Positions 20,632 to 30,523 of a stretch of DNA of 58,651 nucleotides are shown here, piece after piece (within the stretch, counting starts at the first letter, position 1; the number at the start of each line of letters is the position of its first letter). This stretch comes from a virus (Duplodnaviria; Caudoviricetes), in the IMG/VR virus record IMGVR_UViG_3300017909_003206, positions 1 through 58,651 of that record. One strand, given 5' to 3'. The translations under genes and the position numbers were made by a program. The notes under the pieces were generated by a model. It saw only the letters and a program-made list of their open reading frames with translations, had not been told where the DNA came from and searched no databases.

Positions 20632-22454
20632 TGAGTTATACAGTTAACAAATCAGACGGAACAGTACTTACTATTGTAGGAGATGGAACAATAGATGCAA
20701 CTTCTACAGACTTAACGCTTGTTGGAAGAAAATACAGCGGTTATGGAGAAGTTTTAAATGAAAACTTTGTAAAAATATTAGAAAGTTTTGCAAATAGAAC
20801 AGCACCTACTAATCCTATTGAAGGACAAATTTGGTATGACACACTTGAAGGTAGATTAAAAGTTTATACAGGCAGTGAGTTTAAACCAACTGGTGGTCCA
20901 TTAGTACAGAATACACAACCAGCAGGACTTGTGATTGGTGATTTATGGATTAACAATGAAGCAAATCAATTATATTTTTATGATGGTGTGAATCTAAGTT
21001 TAGCAGGACCAATTTATTCTACAGCACAAGGTAAACATGGTTGGGTAGTAGAGAACATTATTGATCAAGGAAACAATGGTAGATCAGTTTCAAGTTTATA
21101 TGTAAACGATTTGCGTATTGGTATTTTAAGTAGATATCAATTTACTCCGCAAACTCCTATATCTGGATTTGCTACAGTGAATGTTGGATTAAATTTATCA
21201 ACTACTGTAAACGGATTAAAATTACATGGTACAGCAAGTTCGGCGGATCAGGTTGCAGGTATTACTCCAGGACAGTTTTTAAGATCAGATGAAAGTGATA
21301 TTACAACAGGAACACTAGGTATTCTTAATGATGGTGGTATAACAATTGGTGCAGATAGTAACTTTACCATTGTTGTAGACACAAATGATAAAACAACTTT
21401 AAAAACAAACTTACAAGACAGAGACTTTAGTTTCCAAATCAACTCAAGTGCAACAGGGGGCCTAACAGGTTTATTTGATGTTGATAGCAGTGCATTAACA
21501 TTGAAAATTTATGATGGACTTGCAAACAGTACTACAACAGTAGGCGGAAACGTTAATATCAGCGGAGATTTAACTGTTGGTGGTAATACAAGTTTTATTG
21601 ATACAACTACTTTAAGAGTTGCAGATAAAAATATAGAATTAGCATATGGTGATACACCAACAGATGTACTTGCTGATGGCGGTGGTTTAAATTTAAGAGG
21701 AACTACTGATCACACTATTACATGGGCAAGATCAACACAAGAATGGACAAGTAGTGATGCTTTTGGTGTTGCAAGTACAAAATATTTTCATGTAGATGGA
21801 AATAATGTTTTATCTCAAACTGCACTAGGTGCCACAGTAAAAAATTCAAGTTTAGAAAATGTTGGTACTCTTACAGAATTACAAGTTGATGATATAAACA
21901 TCAACGATGGTGTAATAAGCACTAACGTTAGTAACGTTGATATTACACTTAATCCAAATGGAACAGGTAGTATTAGAGCAAGTAGTTCACAAATTAAAGA
22001 TGTTGCTGACCCTACTCAAGCACAAGATGTAACAACTAAAACTTATGTTGATAATGCAATTTTAAATAATACTATTGTGTTAACAATGAATGTTACTGGA
22101 ATGACACAACAAAACACAAATGATATTCCAAACCAATTAGCAAAATTGGCACCACCAGCAAGTTTTCCAGTTGGTACGCAGGCAAGAATTTTATGTGAAA
22201 CATTATCACTAGCAGGTGCTCCTACTACAATTACAGTTAATACTACTGGAGTATCTTCAGGATTAACAAATGAATTACTAGCAAATCAAGTTGCTGTTGA
22301 CAAGGATAACAATTTAAGCAGTCAAAGTGTTATACAAAGTTTAAGTTTTCCAAATGGTATTACACCTAGTGGTAACAGTATTGCAGTAGCGAGGGTTACA
22401 AAATTATTTCAAATTGATAGTACACCAACTTGGGTGTATGTACAGGATATATAA
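20631..22454 (+). CDS. Tail fibre protein 2
   Basis: Same N-terminal module (G..Y.GYGE..NENF...LE.FA....P..P..GQ.W.D), Gly/Thr/Asn-rich beta repeats, and 'VADPT..QD..TK.YVD'. Confidence 0.75.
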   Translation: MSYTVNKSDGTVLTIVGDGTIDATSTDLTLVGRKYSGYGEVLNENFVKILESFANRTAPTNPIEGQIWYDTLEGRLKVYTGSEFKPTGGPLVQNTQPAGLVIGDLWINNEANQLYFYDGVNLSLAGPIYSTAQGKHGWVVENIIDQGNNGRSVSSLYVNDLRIGILSRYQFTPQTPISGFATVNVGLNLSTTVNGLKLHGTASSADQVAGITPGQFLRSDESDITTGTLGILNDGGITIGADSNFTIVVDTNDKTTLKTNLQDRDFSFQINSSATGGLTGLFDVDSSALTLKIYDGLANSTTTVGGNVNISGDLTVGGNTSFIDTTTLRVADKNIELAYGDTPTDVLADGGGLNLRGTTDHTITWARSTQEWTSSDAFGVASTKYFHVDGNNVLSQTALGATVKNSSLENVGTLTELQVDDININDGVISTNVSNVDITLNPNGTGSIRASSSQIKDVADPTQAQDVTTKTYVDNAILNNTIVLTMNVTGMTQQNTNDIPNQLAKLAPPASFPVGTQARILCETLSLAGAPTTITVNTTGVSSGLTNELLANQVAVDKDNNLSSQSVIQSLSFPNGITPSGNSIAVARVTKLFQIDSTPTWVYVQDI

Positions 22455-22466
22455 GGAAAGTGAGCG

Positions 22467-24860
22467 ATGCCATATCAAATAGATAAAACAGACGGTACAG
22501 TATTAATTACACTTGCTGATGGTGTTGTTGATAATAGTACTGATCTGCAATTAGTAGGAAGAAACGTTGCCGGCTACGGTGAGCAACAAAACGAAAACTT
22601 TGTAAAACTATTAGAAAATTTTGCAAGGGCAGATACACCTCCTACCAAACCTCTTGTAGGTCAAATATGGTTTGACAAAAACGCTGACAAAATGCGTCCA
22701 AGTGTATTTGATGGAGTACATTGGCGTAACTTAACTATCAATCAAGTTTCAGCAACTGAGCCACAAGGTCAAAAAGAAGGTGACCTATGGTTTGATACTG
22801 TAAACAATCAACTTTACGTATTTCAAGCAGATGGTAACCAACACACTTTAGTTGGTCCTGAATCTGTTATAGGTTTTGGAAAAACTCGTTGGAGTACACA
22901 AATTTTAACTGATACAAGTGCAGTAAATCATCCTGTTTCAGTAGGTTTTATTAACAATGTTGCATACATGGTATTAGCAGATGCGGCCTTTACTATTGAT
23001 CAAACAGTAACACCTTTAGCAGGGTTTACAAGTATTGGTATTGGATTGACTGCAAGAGAAACAAATTCAAGTGGTATTGGACAGAGTACAACTAAATTTT
23101 TTGGTACTGCAACAGATTCTGATAGACTTGGCGGAAGACTTGCAGACACTTATGCAAACAGAGCCGATAACGAAACTATTACAGGACAATACAATTTTCA
23201 AAACGATTTAGGTATCACTATTGGTGATTCATTAGAACTTTCATTAAAAGTAATTAATACAAATCAACCTAGTATATTTGCTGAATTTCAAGACCAACTA
23301 AACTTAGGTGTTGCTTATTCAGGAAGTGGTGCAGATAAAACAGTCATTTACATTAAAGGCAAAAATGTTTTACCATTCCAAAACAATGAAGTTAGTTTAG
23401 GATCACCTAGCAGACAATATAGAAACATATATGCAAATGATGTGTATGCAAACTTTATAGGAACTTTATCAGGATCTATGGTTGGTACAACAACAGGAGC
23501 CAACAGAGGTAAGTTACAAGACAGTCAAGGTAACACAGTTGTTGATCCTGACACAGGTTTATCATATACAATTAACGTTGGTAATTCACAATCTACAAAC
23601 GGACTAACAGTAGTTGATGTAGATGCAACTACAACTGCTCCTGTAATTCCAACTAATGCAGGAACACGTAGAGGTAGATTCGAAGGTGTTGCCGCTTTTG
23701 TAGATTATGGAGTATATACAAATCAAAGTAACACACTAACAGGTACAAACACATTTACAGGATCTTCAGTTTTCAATGGTAGTGCTACTCATCAAGCATT
23801 AACTTCAACTAATGTTAATTTATCTATAGGTAGAATAGGTAGAGGTGCAATTACATCTCCACAAACTGATCCAAATGTAAACATTGGTGATTTGTTAATT
23901 GACAGAGTAACAATAAACGATTCAAGAATTACAAACGCAGACATGCGTGGCGGAACAATTACTAATGCCACAGTAATTGATGGTGCAGACATAGGACAAA
24001 ATGCTCCAGCAATACAAGTTAAAGCACAAAAATTTGTAGATGCAGTTGGAAATGAAATAACAAGAATTTCAGATGATGGACAGTTCCTACAAAATTATTC
24101 AACTAATTTAGTAACAGAACGTGCTATCAAAGAATATGTAGATACAAAATTTTCTAAGATAGGACAAGATATACAGTTCTTCTTAGACACAAAAGACATG
24201 ACTACAAATGATGTTAAACAACAATTAACAAGACTTGCACCACCTAATAACTTTTTAGAAGGTACAAAAGCAAGAATTATCGGAAGTTATTACTTTGCAG
24301 ACCATGGTGTTGATAGCAGAGGTCAACCTGCTTTTTACCAAAAATACGGTACAGATATAAAAACAAGTATTGGATATATTGGTGGTCGAGTAGTAACACA
24401 AGCGATTGCTAATACTACAGACTTAATTAATAAAAAATCTGCAACAGTTGGATATGAATTTGAATTAAGTGCTTCAGGACAAACTACAACAGTAACAGAT
24501 AACGTTTCTACAACAAGTGTCGCAGGCACATTTCTAAGTCAATTACAAGGAAGTACATTGAATGCTTGGGCAGTGTTTACTAATCCATTAAATGCACAAC
24601 AGGCAAATGAATTTAGCACCAATGCAGTACAAGGTGCGAAAGTAGTTGTAGTGCGTAATGGTATTGTAGAAACTTTTGCATCTAACGAATTAACTGTGCA
24701 AATTCCAGTAGGTAATGTTTTATTTAAAAGAGCAGGAGCATCGTCAGTATGGACTGGAACTATATCACTAGGAGGTTTTGCAACTTCGGTAGCAGTATAT
24801 AACTTTGATAGAGAAACAACTTCAAGTTCATCTGCATGGATTTACAAAGGCGCAATTTAA
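22467..24860 (+). CDS. Tail fibre protein 3
   Basis: Same N-terminal module, plus the fibre motif 'L.TE.AIK.YVD'. Confidence 0.75.
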   Translation: MPYQIDKTDGTVLITLADGVVDNSTDLQLVGRNVAGYGEQQNENFVKLLENFARADTPPTKPLVGQIWFDKNADKMRPSVFDGVHWRNLTINQVSATEPQGQKEGDLWFDTVNNQLYVFQADGNQHTLVGPESVIGFGKTRWSTQILTDTSAVNHPVSVGFINNVAYMVLADAAFTIDQTVTPLAGFTSIGIGLTARETNSSGIGQSTTKFFGTATDSDRLGGRLADTYANRADNETITGQYNFQNDLGITIGDSLELSLKVINTNQPSIFAEFQDQLNLGVAYSGSGADKTVIYIKGKNVLPFQNNEVSLGSPSRQYRNIYANDVYANFIGTLSGSMVGTTTGANRGKLQDSQGNTVVDPDTGLSYTINVGNSQSTNGLTVVDVDATTTAPVIPTNAGTRRGRFEGVAAFVDYGVYTNQSNTLTGTNTFTGSSVFNGSATHQALTSTNVNLSIGRIGRGAITSPQTDPNVNIGDLLIDRVTINDSRITNADMRGGTITNATVIDGADIGQNAPAIQVKAQKFVDAVGNEITRISDDGQFLQNYSTNLVTERAIKEYVDTKFSKIGQDIQFFLDTKDMTTNDVKQQLTRLAPPNNFLEGTKARIIGSYYFADHGVDSRGQPAFYQKYGTDIKTSIGYIGGRVVTQAIANTTDLINKKSATVGYEFELSASGQTTTVTDNVSTTSVAGTFLSQLQGSTLNAWAVFTNPLNAQQANEFSTNAVQGAKVVVVRNGIVETFASNELTVQIPVGNVLFKRAGASSVWTGTISLGGFATSVAVYNFDRETTSSSSAWIYKGAI

Positions 24861-25348
24861 TGTATGAAATTAAAGAAAATTTTATTACAAATGTAGACGA
24901 TATTATGGAACTAGTAGAAAAGCATGAATTAGACAACAAGTTTACTAATAGAGGTATTGGTGGTACTGATAAACATGCAACTATATATGGTGAAAGTTGT
25001 TTTGCTAGCCTATATGAAAAAGATATGGAAGAAGAATTAGTTGAAACAGTTTGGAAAACAATACCAGATGAAAGGAAATGGTGTTCACAAATTGTTGTAA
25101 ACAGATATCAACCAGGCGATTGGTTAGTAAAACATCAAGACAGTGCTGGCGGATATTGGAAATTTAAACTTGTATTTTTAACAGAGGGACAGCCTCATTT
25201 TAAATATTGGGATAATGAAGAAAATGAACATTTAGTACAAGAGAAAAAAGGTGCTATGTTTGACATGCCAATTAGTACATGGCATGAGGTAACTAAAATA
25301 AAGGAAAACGAAGATAACAAATACAGTCTTTGTTTAATATGGGAATAG
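24860..25348 (+). CDS. 2OG-Fe(II) oxygenase superfamily protein
   Basis: 'VNRYQPGD.L.KHQD' gives the HxD motif and 'WHEVT' the distal His. The probable start is the ATG at 24860 overlapping the upstream stop (TAATG). Confidence 0.75.
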   Translation: MYEIKENFITNVDDIMELVEKHELDNKFTNRGIGGTDKHATIYGESCFASLYEKDMEEELVETVWKTIPDERKWCSQIVVNRYQPGDWLVKHQDSAGGYWKFKLVFLTEGQPHFKYWDNEENEHLVQEKKGAMFDMPISTWHEVTKIKENEDNKYSLCLIWE

Positions 25349-25352
25349 AGAT

Positions 25353-25832
25353 ATGGCAGTAATGAAATTTAAAATGATGTTTAATGCTACTAACGGTGTT
25401 CTGTTAGGTCACTTGCCACCAGAACAACCAACATTTGGAATTGATCCAGATAATGTAAACATTAAAACTGTTGAATATGATCCTACTATTGAAACATATA
25501 TAGGCGGTTGGGAAGATGGAAAAGTAGTAAAAATTAAAGACATTCAATCAACCAAAACATTTATTGACGAAGAAATTGTTAAAGAAGAATTGAGATTGAC
25601 AATTGAAAAAGAATATCCTATACATAAACAACTTAATATCATGATTGACATGATTAATAAAAGTGATATGCCAAATACACCAGAGTTTCAGAAAATGATG
25701 GCATGGATTAAAGATCAAAGAGATAGAACAAAAGCAAAACTAGATAGTTACAAGGCAAACCCGGATGCTTATGACGTTCAAACTAAAGAAATGAGCGAAT
25801 TAGGTAGGAAACTGCGTATGGGCGAAGAATAG
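25353..25832 (+). CDS. Hypothetical protein, possibly tail-fibre assembly chaperone-like
   Basis: Sits between fibre genes, with a helical C-terminus 'I...YP..KQLN' reminiscent of fibre-associated accessory proteins. Confidence 0.45.
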   Translation: MAVMKFKMMFNATNGVLLGHLPPEQPTFGIDPDNVNIKTVEYDPTIETYIGGWEDGKVVKIKDIQSTKTFIDEEIVKEELRLTIEKEYPIHKQLNIMIDMINKSDMPNTPEFQKMMAWIKDQRDRTKAKLDSYKANPDAYDVQTKEMSELGRKLRMGEE

Positions 25833-25833
25833 G

Positions 25834-25839
25834 TAAATA
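25834..25839 (+). promoter_or_regulatory. Late-promoter-like TAAATA
   Basis: Intergenic GGTAAATAC upstream of an AAGGA RBS and the ATG at 25859; same GGTAAATA context as 380-387. Confidence 0.5.
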
Positions 25840-25858
25840 CTGATAGTAAGGATTTAAT

Positions 25859-27598
25859 ATGCCATATATTATTAATACATACAACGGAAAACAAATTGCT
25901 GTAATACAAGATGGTACAGTTGATACTACGACTGACATTAAACTTGTAGGTAAAAACTATGCAGGTTTTGGTGAAATCATAAATGAAAACTTTGTACATC
26001 TTTTAGAAAGTTTTGCAGGAGCCAATCAACCACCTAATCCACAAGCAGGACAAGTTTGGTATGACAGTGCTAACCGTGTAATTAAGTTTTATGATGGTAA
26101 CAGATTTAGAATAGCGGGTGGTGCCGAAATAGGCAATAACCAACCAACAGGTTTAGCAAGAGGTGATCTTTGGTGGGAAACTGATGGTGAACAGTTATAT
26201 GTTTACAATGGTGAAGACTTTATTTTAGTTGGTCCAGTATCAACTGGTGGTGAAGGTGTTTCACAAGTTACTTCAAAAGTTGTTAAAGACATTAGTGCCA
26301 ATGATAGAACTATTTTGACATTTACAGTCAATGATGATGTCATGGGTATTACTGCAAAAGATGAATTTACATTAGACAGCAATAGAAATCCTATTCCAGG
26401 TTTTAGTGCAATCAAAAAAGGTTTTAATCTTGCAAGTGATTCTACGATTCCAGGTATTAGGTATCATGGTACGGCAGTAAATGCAGATAACCTTGGAGGC
26501 ATTCCTGCTTCACAATATATTCTTAACAGTGGACTACAAAGTTTTGCAGATCTAGTTAAATTTTTAAATGACGAAGGTCTAACAGTTGGTAACGGACAAG
26601 ATATTAAATTACATGTTACTGGTGGAGATCAAGGTAACTTAACTAACCAAGTTGGTAATATTTTAAACTTCCAAGTTAACACAGGTACAGGTAGTGCTAT
26701 TGTTGGTAAATTTAGTGGAACTACATTTATTCCAAATTCAGATGGAACAGGTTCAATAGGAACAGCATCAGTTAGATGGGGTGCTGGAGTTTTTGATAAC
26801 CTAGTTGCAAGTGCTATTGCAGGTCCAGTTACAGGCAATGTAACAGGAAATGTAACAGGAAACCTAACTGGTAATGTAACAGGTAATGTTACTGCGTCTA
26901 CAGGAACAAGTTCATTTAATAATTTGACTGTTAATGGAACACTTAACGCAACAGTTACAGGTACTTCTGATATTGCTAACAAAGTTGTTGTAGATAGTGG
27001 TACTGCAAGGTCGGCGGCAACATTATTAGTAAACAACACTATAGTCGCAAGAGACGGAAACGGTGATATTAATGTTAATATAGTTAATGGGACTTCAACT
27101 AATTCACAAGCATTGAATAATGCAGTTGCTAATACTTCTACTGTTTCAGGTACTATTGCACAAAGAGATAATAACGGTGATATATTTGCACGTAAATTTG
27201 AAGGAACTGCAACAGCGGCTCAGTTTGCTGACTTGGCAGAAATGTATACAAGTGACGAAGTTTATGAACCTGGCACAGTTGTAGTACTAGGCGGTGAAAA
27301 AGAAGTAACAGTAACAAGTAATTTTTGTGATCACAGAGTTGCAGGAGTTATTTCAACAGATCCAGCATACTTAATGAATAGTACTAGTGAAGGTGTTGCT
27401 GTGGCACTACGTGGTAGAGTACCATGTAAAATACAAGGACCTGTTAATAAAGGTGACTTAATTGTTACTGGAACAGAACCAGGCACAGGAACTGCTTTAG
27501 CCAAAGATAGTGCTATGCCAAATTCAATTTGCATTATTGGAAAAGCAATAGAATCCAATCAATCTTCAGAAATAAAATTAGTAGAAATATTAGTATAA
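25859..27598 (+). CDS. Tail fibre protein 4, with C-terminal intramolecular-chaperone-like (peptidase G2-type) domain
   Basis: Shared N-terminal module, GNVT repeats, and C-terminal 'ADLAE.Y...GTVV..GG..EV...GVIST.PA..MN...VAL.GRVP.K..G...KGD..V'. Confidence 0.75.
   Translation: MPYIINTYNGKQIAVIQDGTVDTTTDIKLVGKNYAGFGEIINENFVHLLESFAGANQPPNPQAGQVWYDSANRVIKFYDGNRFRIAGGAEIGNNQPTGLARGDLWWETDGEQLYVYNGEDFILVGPVSTGGEGVSQVTSKVVKDISANDRTILTFTVNDDVMGITAKDEFTLDSNRNPIPGFSAIKKGFNLASDSTIPGIRYHGTAVNADNLGGIPASQYILNSGLQSFADLVKFLNDEGLTVGNGQDIKLHVTGGDQGNLTNQVGNILNFQVNTGTGSAIVGKFSGTTFIPNSDGTGSIGTASVRWGAGVFDNLVASAIAGPVTGNVTGNVTGNLTGNVTGNVTASTGTSSFNNLTVNGTLNATVTGTSDIANKVVVDSGTARSAATLLVNNTIVARDGNGDINVNIVNGTSTNSQALNNAVANTSTVSGTIAQRDNNGDIFARKFEGTATAAQFADLAEMYTSDEVYEPGTVVVLGGEKEVTVTSNFCDHRVAGVISTDPAYLMNSTSEGVAVALRGRVPCKIQGPVNKGDLIVTGTEPGTGTALAKDSAMPNSICIIGKAIESNQSSEIKLVEILV
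26822..26893 (+). repeat. Six imperfect 12-bp units encoding GPVT-GNVT-GNVT-GNLT-GNVT-GNVT
   Basis: Read directly. Synonymous positions have diverged between units. Confidence 0.8.
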
Positions 27599-27658
27599 AG
27601 TACGTATATTAAGGCGTCTTAAACGTATTTTAAGCGTCATACAGCGGTGTTGTAGTAT

Positions 27659-28078
27659 CTATGCTTCAGTTATAGTATCTACTTTAATAACGTTTATTTT
27701 AGACGCAATTAAGAAGTTTATACCGTCTGCACTACGATAATCTTCTGCATAAAATACACGTTTGATTCCAGTTTGATAAATCAATTTGGCACATTCCATA
27801 CAGGGTGCATGAGTAATAAAGATATCTGCTCCATCTCCACTTTCGTTGCTTTTTGCCAATTTAGCAATAGCATTTGATTCAGCATGTAATACTTCGGGTC
27901 GTGTAACATTTGATTCTTCACATTGATTCGGCCAACCACTAGGCATACCATTATAACCAATAGAAATAATGCGGTCGTCTTTGACCACTATTGCTCCTAC
28001 ATTAAGCCTAAGTGCATGTGATAGTTTTGCGAAACGTTTTGCAACGTCCATATAGGCGTTTATAAATTTTTCTTTCAT
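27659..28078 (-). CDS. dCMP deaminase
   Basis: 'IGYNG', 'HAESNAI' and 'PCMECAK' zinc-deaminase motifs; adjacent to thyX. Confidence 0.92.
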   Translation of the reverse strand: MKEKFINAYMDVAKRFAKLSHALRLNVGAIVVKDDRIISIGYNGMPSGWPNQCEESNVTRPEVLHAESNAIAKLAKSNESGDGADIFITHAPCMECAKLIYQTGIKRVFYAEDYRSADGINFLIASKINVIKVDTITEA

Positions 28079-28764
28079 ACATTTAGTTCTTTTGCTAACG
28101 GAAATACTTTTGCAATTACTTCTGCACAGGCATGAGCAATTTCCATATGTTCTTTTTGTGTTCCATTAGCGCCACGAAGTTCTATGTAATGAATCCAACT
28201 TCTTAATGTACCATTCATATACAATCGTGTTTTTGTAAGTCCTTCGGGTAATACTTTACGTGCTTGTTCTTTGGCAATCCCTTTTTTAATTGCCCAGTCA
28301 TATTCTTTTTTAGCCAAGTGAGCAATACGCATCTGTGCCCATAACCATTCTTGTTGTAATTTTTTATCTTCAGTAGTAATGCTATTCTGTCTGTTCTTTT
28401 CGTCCTGTAATCTTGCTTCACTGTATTCGAACAAATCGCCTTGATCATTTGGATCAGCATATCTTTGACTAAACTCTTGAAAGGCAAAACTTCTATGTCT
28501 TACAATTTGATGTGCTATATCTCTAGTCGTGTTAATTTCCATACAAGCATTTACCATTTCTAATGGAGACCAATGTTGATGTTTAATTAGATACTTTACA
28601 AGTTTCTCGCTTGTTTCAGTATTCATTTGATTTGAAGGGTTACTTACTCTTGCACAAAAGGCAACTAGATCTAAAAGATTATCATTGCTTATTCCTTCTG
28701 TTATATATTCTAAGGTTGGTTTCGAATAGGAAACTAATTTTACAATGTTACTTTCTTTGGTCAC
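28075..28764 (-). CDS. thyX: FAD-dependent thymidylate synthase
   Basis: 'H.SPLE', the 'RHRSF.FQEFSQRY' ThyX motif, 'KEQAR.VLP' and 'TQKEH'. Confidence 0.95.
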   Translation of the reverse strand: MTKESNIVKLVSYSKPTLEYITEGISNDNLLDLVAFCARVSNPSNQMNTETSEKLVKYLIKHQHWSPLEMVNACMEINTTRDIAHQIVRHRSFAFQEFSQRYADPNDQGDLFEYSEARLQDEKNRQNSITTEDKKLQQEWLWAQMRIAHLAKKEYDWAIKKGIAKEQARKVLPEGLTKTRLYMNGTLRSWIHYIELRGANGTQKEHMEIAHACAEVIAKVFPLAKELNV

Positions 28765-29143
28765 GTTGTTTTCTCTTTCTTTCTGCGTTGTTAACTTTGA
28801 ACTTTTTATTCACTCTTTTGGAAAAAGCATTTTTAATTTCTGCTACTTGTTTTTGTACACCACTTACATTTACTTTGAAATCAATAGTAATGATGTTTGG
28901 AGTGTTTTCTCTAATAATGTTATTCACTCTTTGTGCCGCTTGGTCAAGATTGGGACTTTGTGCTATAATAGAAGGTACATCTATTATTACTTTTTTGGTT
29001 GGATTTGTGTTTAGGTTAAGTATTAGTTCGGAAACATACTTGATGGGAAGGCTTTCAACTTTTAAATTGTCTAGTACGCCTTCCCATTCTGGATGTTCGG
29101 TTGGATCACCACTTAGGATGATTCTTCCCTGCGACTGCGTCAT
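28748..29143 (-). CDS. Hypothetical protein
   Basis: Tightly packed ORF in the - strand operon. Confidence 0.65.
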   Translation of the reverse strand: MTQSQGRIILSGDPTEHPEWEGVLDNLKVESLPIKYVSELILNLNTNPTKKVIIDVPSIIAQSPNLDQAAQRVNNIIRENTPNIITIDFKVNVSGVQKQVAEIKNAFSKRVNKKFKVNNAERKRKQRDQRK

Positions 29144-29733
29144 TACGCATTCGTTTTCGCAGTTTTTTTAGCGGATGTTTTAGGTGCTAATTCGTCTGCT
29201 TTTTTTCTAAGTTCTTGCACTTCTTTATATAGAGCATCTGCATCAGATCTATATTTTTTAGCAAGGTCTTCATCGCTTAATACACTGTCATCTTTTACAG
29301 TTGCAACAGTTTGAATTTCAGTTTTACCTGGAGTCCCATCTTCTGTAACTGCAAGTTCATCAACAGTAACACCTCTTTGGTCTGCTATTATTTTATTGAG
29401 ATCATTTAATTTAACGTTCTCATTCTTTTGTGTAGTAGGAGTAACAGTTACTTCAGTTGTAGGAACTTTTTGTAAATGTCCCTTTGCATGTAAACTTTGA
29501 AGTATGTTAGTACCATCACTAAACTTTTTAACTGCTAACACAGTTGCTAATTCAAATGCTTGTTGTCCAGCATCGCTGTCAACTACATTCATTAGTTCAT
29601 CGTGGTATGCAGGTTTTAAAGATGCAGTAGGAATCACTAATGCACTACTACTATCGCCTGGCAAAGTTCTGTATGCTATTACGATTTTAGAGTTCTGAGG
29701 TCCTATTACACCTACGTGTTTTACTTGAGCCAT
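29143..29733 (-). CDS. Hypothetical phage protein with coiled-coil C-terminus
   Basis: AGGAG RBS and operon packing. Confidence 0.7.
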   Translation of the reverse strand: MAQVKHVGVIGPQNSKIVIAYRTLPGDSSSALVIPTASLKPAYHDELMNVVDSDAGQQAFELATVLAVKKFSDGTNILQSLHAKGHLQKVPTTEVTVTPTTQKNENVKLNDLNKIIADQRGVTVDELAVTEDGTPGKTEIQTVATVKDDSVLSDEDLAKKYRSDADALYKEVQELRKKADELAPKTSAKKTAKTNA

Positions 29734-29736
29734 AAT

Positions 29737-30078
29737 TTACTCCTTTGGAGCCTCTGCCTTTGGTGCAAGAGGTTCAGGTGTTGCTTCAGGTGGAACTGCT
29801 GGTGCTCCTGTTGGTGCTGGTGCAGTACCGTCTGCTTTTCCTTCTTCCTTAGGCGTAATTGCATCTAAGAAAGTTGCTAATCTGTTGTAAGTTCTTCCAA
29901 CTACTTCCATCTCTGCTGGACGGAAACCGCCACGTTGACTTGCAACATCGATAATTGCTTTTAAAGCCTGTAAGTCCTGTACAGTAAGATCTGGTCCACT
30001 TTTTGGTGGAGTACCTTCTGGAGCAGGAGCAGTTTGACCTTCAGTATTTGCCGCTGGTTTGTTATTTTCTGTCGTCAT
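29737..30078 (-). CDS. Hypothetical protein (short helical core flanked by Pro/Ala-rich disordered arms)
   Basis: AGGAG RBS; core 'LTVQDL..LK.IIDVA.QRG.F...E...VG..Y..L..FL'. Confidence 0.7.
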   Translation of the reverse strand: MTTENNKPAANTEGQTAPAPEGTPPKSGPDLTVQDLQALKAIIDVASQRGGFRPAEMEVVGRTYNRLATFLDAITPKEEGKADGTAPAPTGAPAVPPEATPEPLAPKAEAPKE

Positions 30079-30125
30079 TTTGAGTTAACTCCTATTAATA
30101 AGTTTGTTTGTTATAACACATGTAA

Positions 30126-30434
30126 TTATATGATTCTAACATCCTGGTCATGCAAAAGTGAGCAACCTAAACTAAACATAGTGCTTTCTCCAGGTGTTTC
30201 AAAACCAATTTGGTAAACTATTTCTAATTTGTTGTTTACATTTTTAACATCGGATGTAATTGCAAATCTACCAGAAAGATTATTGTATACCCATTTTCTA
30301 AGATTGTTCACAAGTTCTTCTGCTCTCCAACCTTCACTAGAGATATTAACCTTTTCCCAACTTTTTGGAATAAAATTTAATTCTCTAATTTCCAAAGCAT
30401 TTAATGGATTAGGTTCGTCAATTAATAGTCTCAT
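30126..30434 (-). CDS. Hypothetical protein
   Basis: ATGA overlap with the small upstream ORF. Confidence 0.65.
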   Translation of the reverse strand: MRLLIDEPNPLNALEIRELNFIPKSWEKVNISSEGWRAEELVNNLRKWVYNNLSGRFAITSDVKNVNNKLEIVYQIGFETPGESTMFSLGCSLLHDQDVRII

Positions 30435-30523
30435 GATATTTCAATCATCCATGGTTGACCAGTTACTTTAATATGAATTGCATTTACAACAAATGCAATT
30501 ACCATAATTTCTAAATATGTCAT
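30431..30523 (-). CDS. Small hydrophobic protein, 30 aa (not in the ORF track): MTYLEIMVIAFVVNAIHIKVTGQPWMIEIS
   Basis: Translated by hand. The ATG directly follows the VWA gene stop, and its TGA overlaps the next ATG (ATGA). Confidence 0.55.
   Translation of the reverse strand: MTYLEIMVIAFVVNAIHIKVTGQPWMIEIS

Noticed and set aside
26822-26893. GNVT repeat as a CRISPR array, DGR or contingency locus
   Set aside because: It is an in-frame peptide repeat with diverged synonymous sites and no spacers; no reverse transcriptase or template/variable repeat pair was seen.
947-27558. Numerous short antisense ORFs in the structural region
   Set aside because: They lie wholly opposite long, motif-bearing genes, lack RBSs and look like codon-bias shadows.
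27599-27658. Bidirectional terminator at the convergence of the two transcription blocks
   Set aside because: Only weak 6-bp stems (CTTAAA/TTTAAG; TACAGC/GTTGTA) without clear U-tracts; not strong enough to call.
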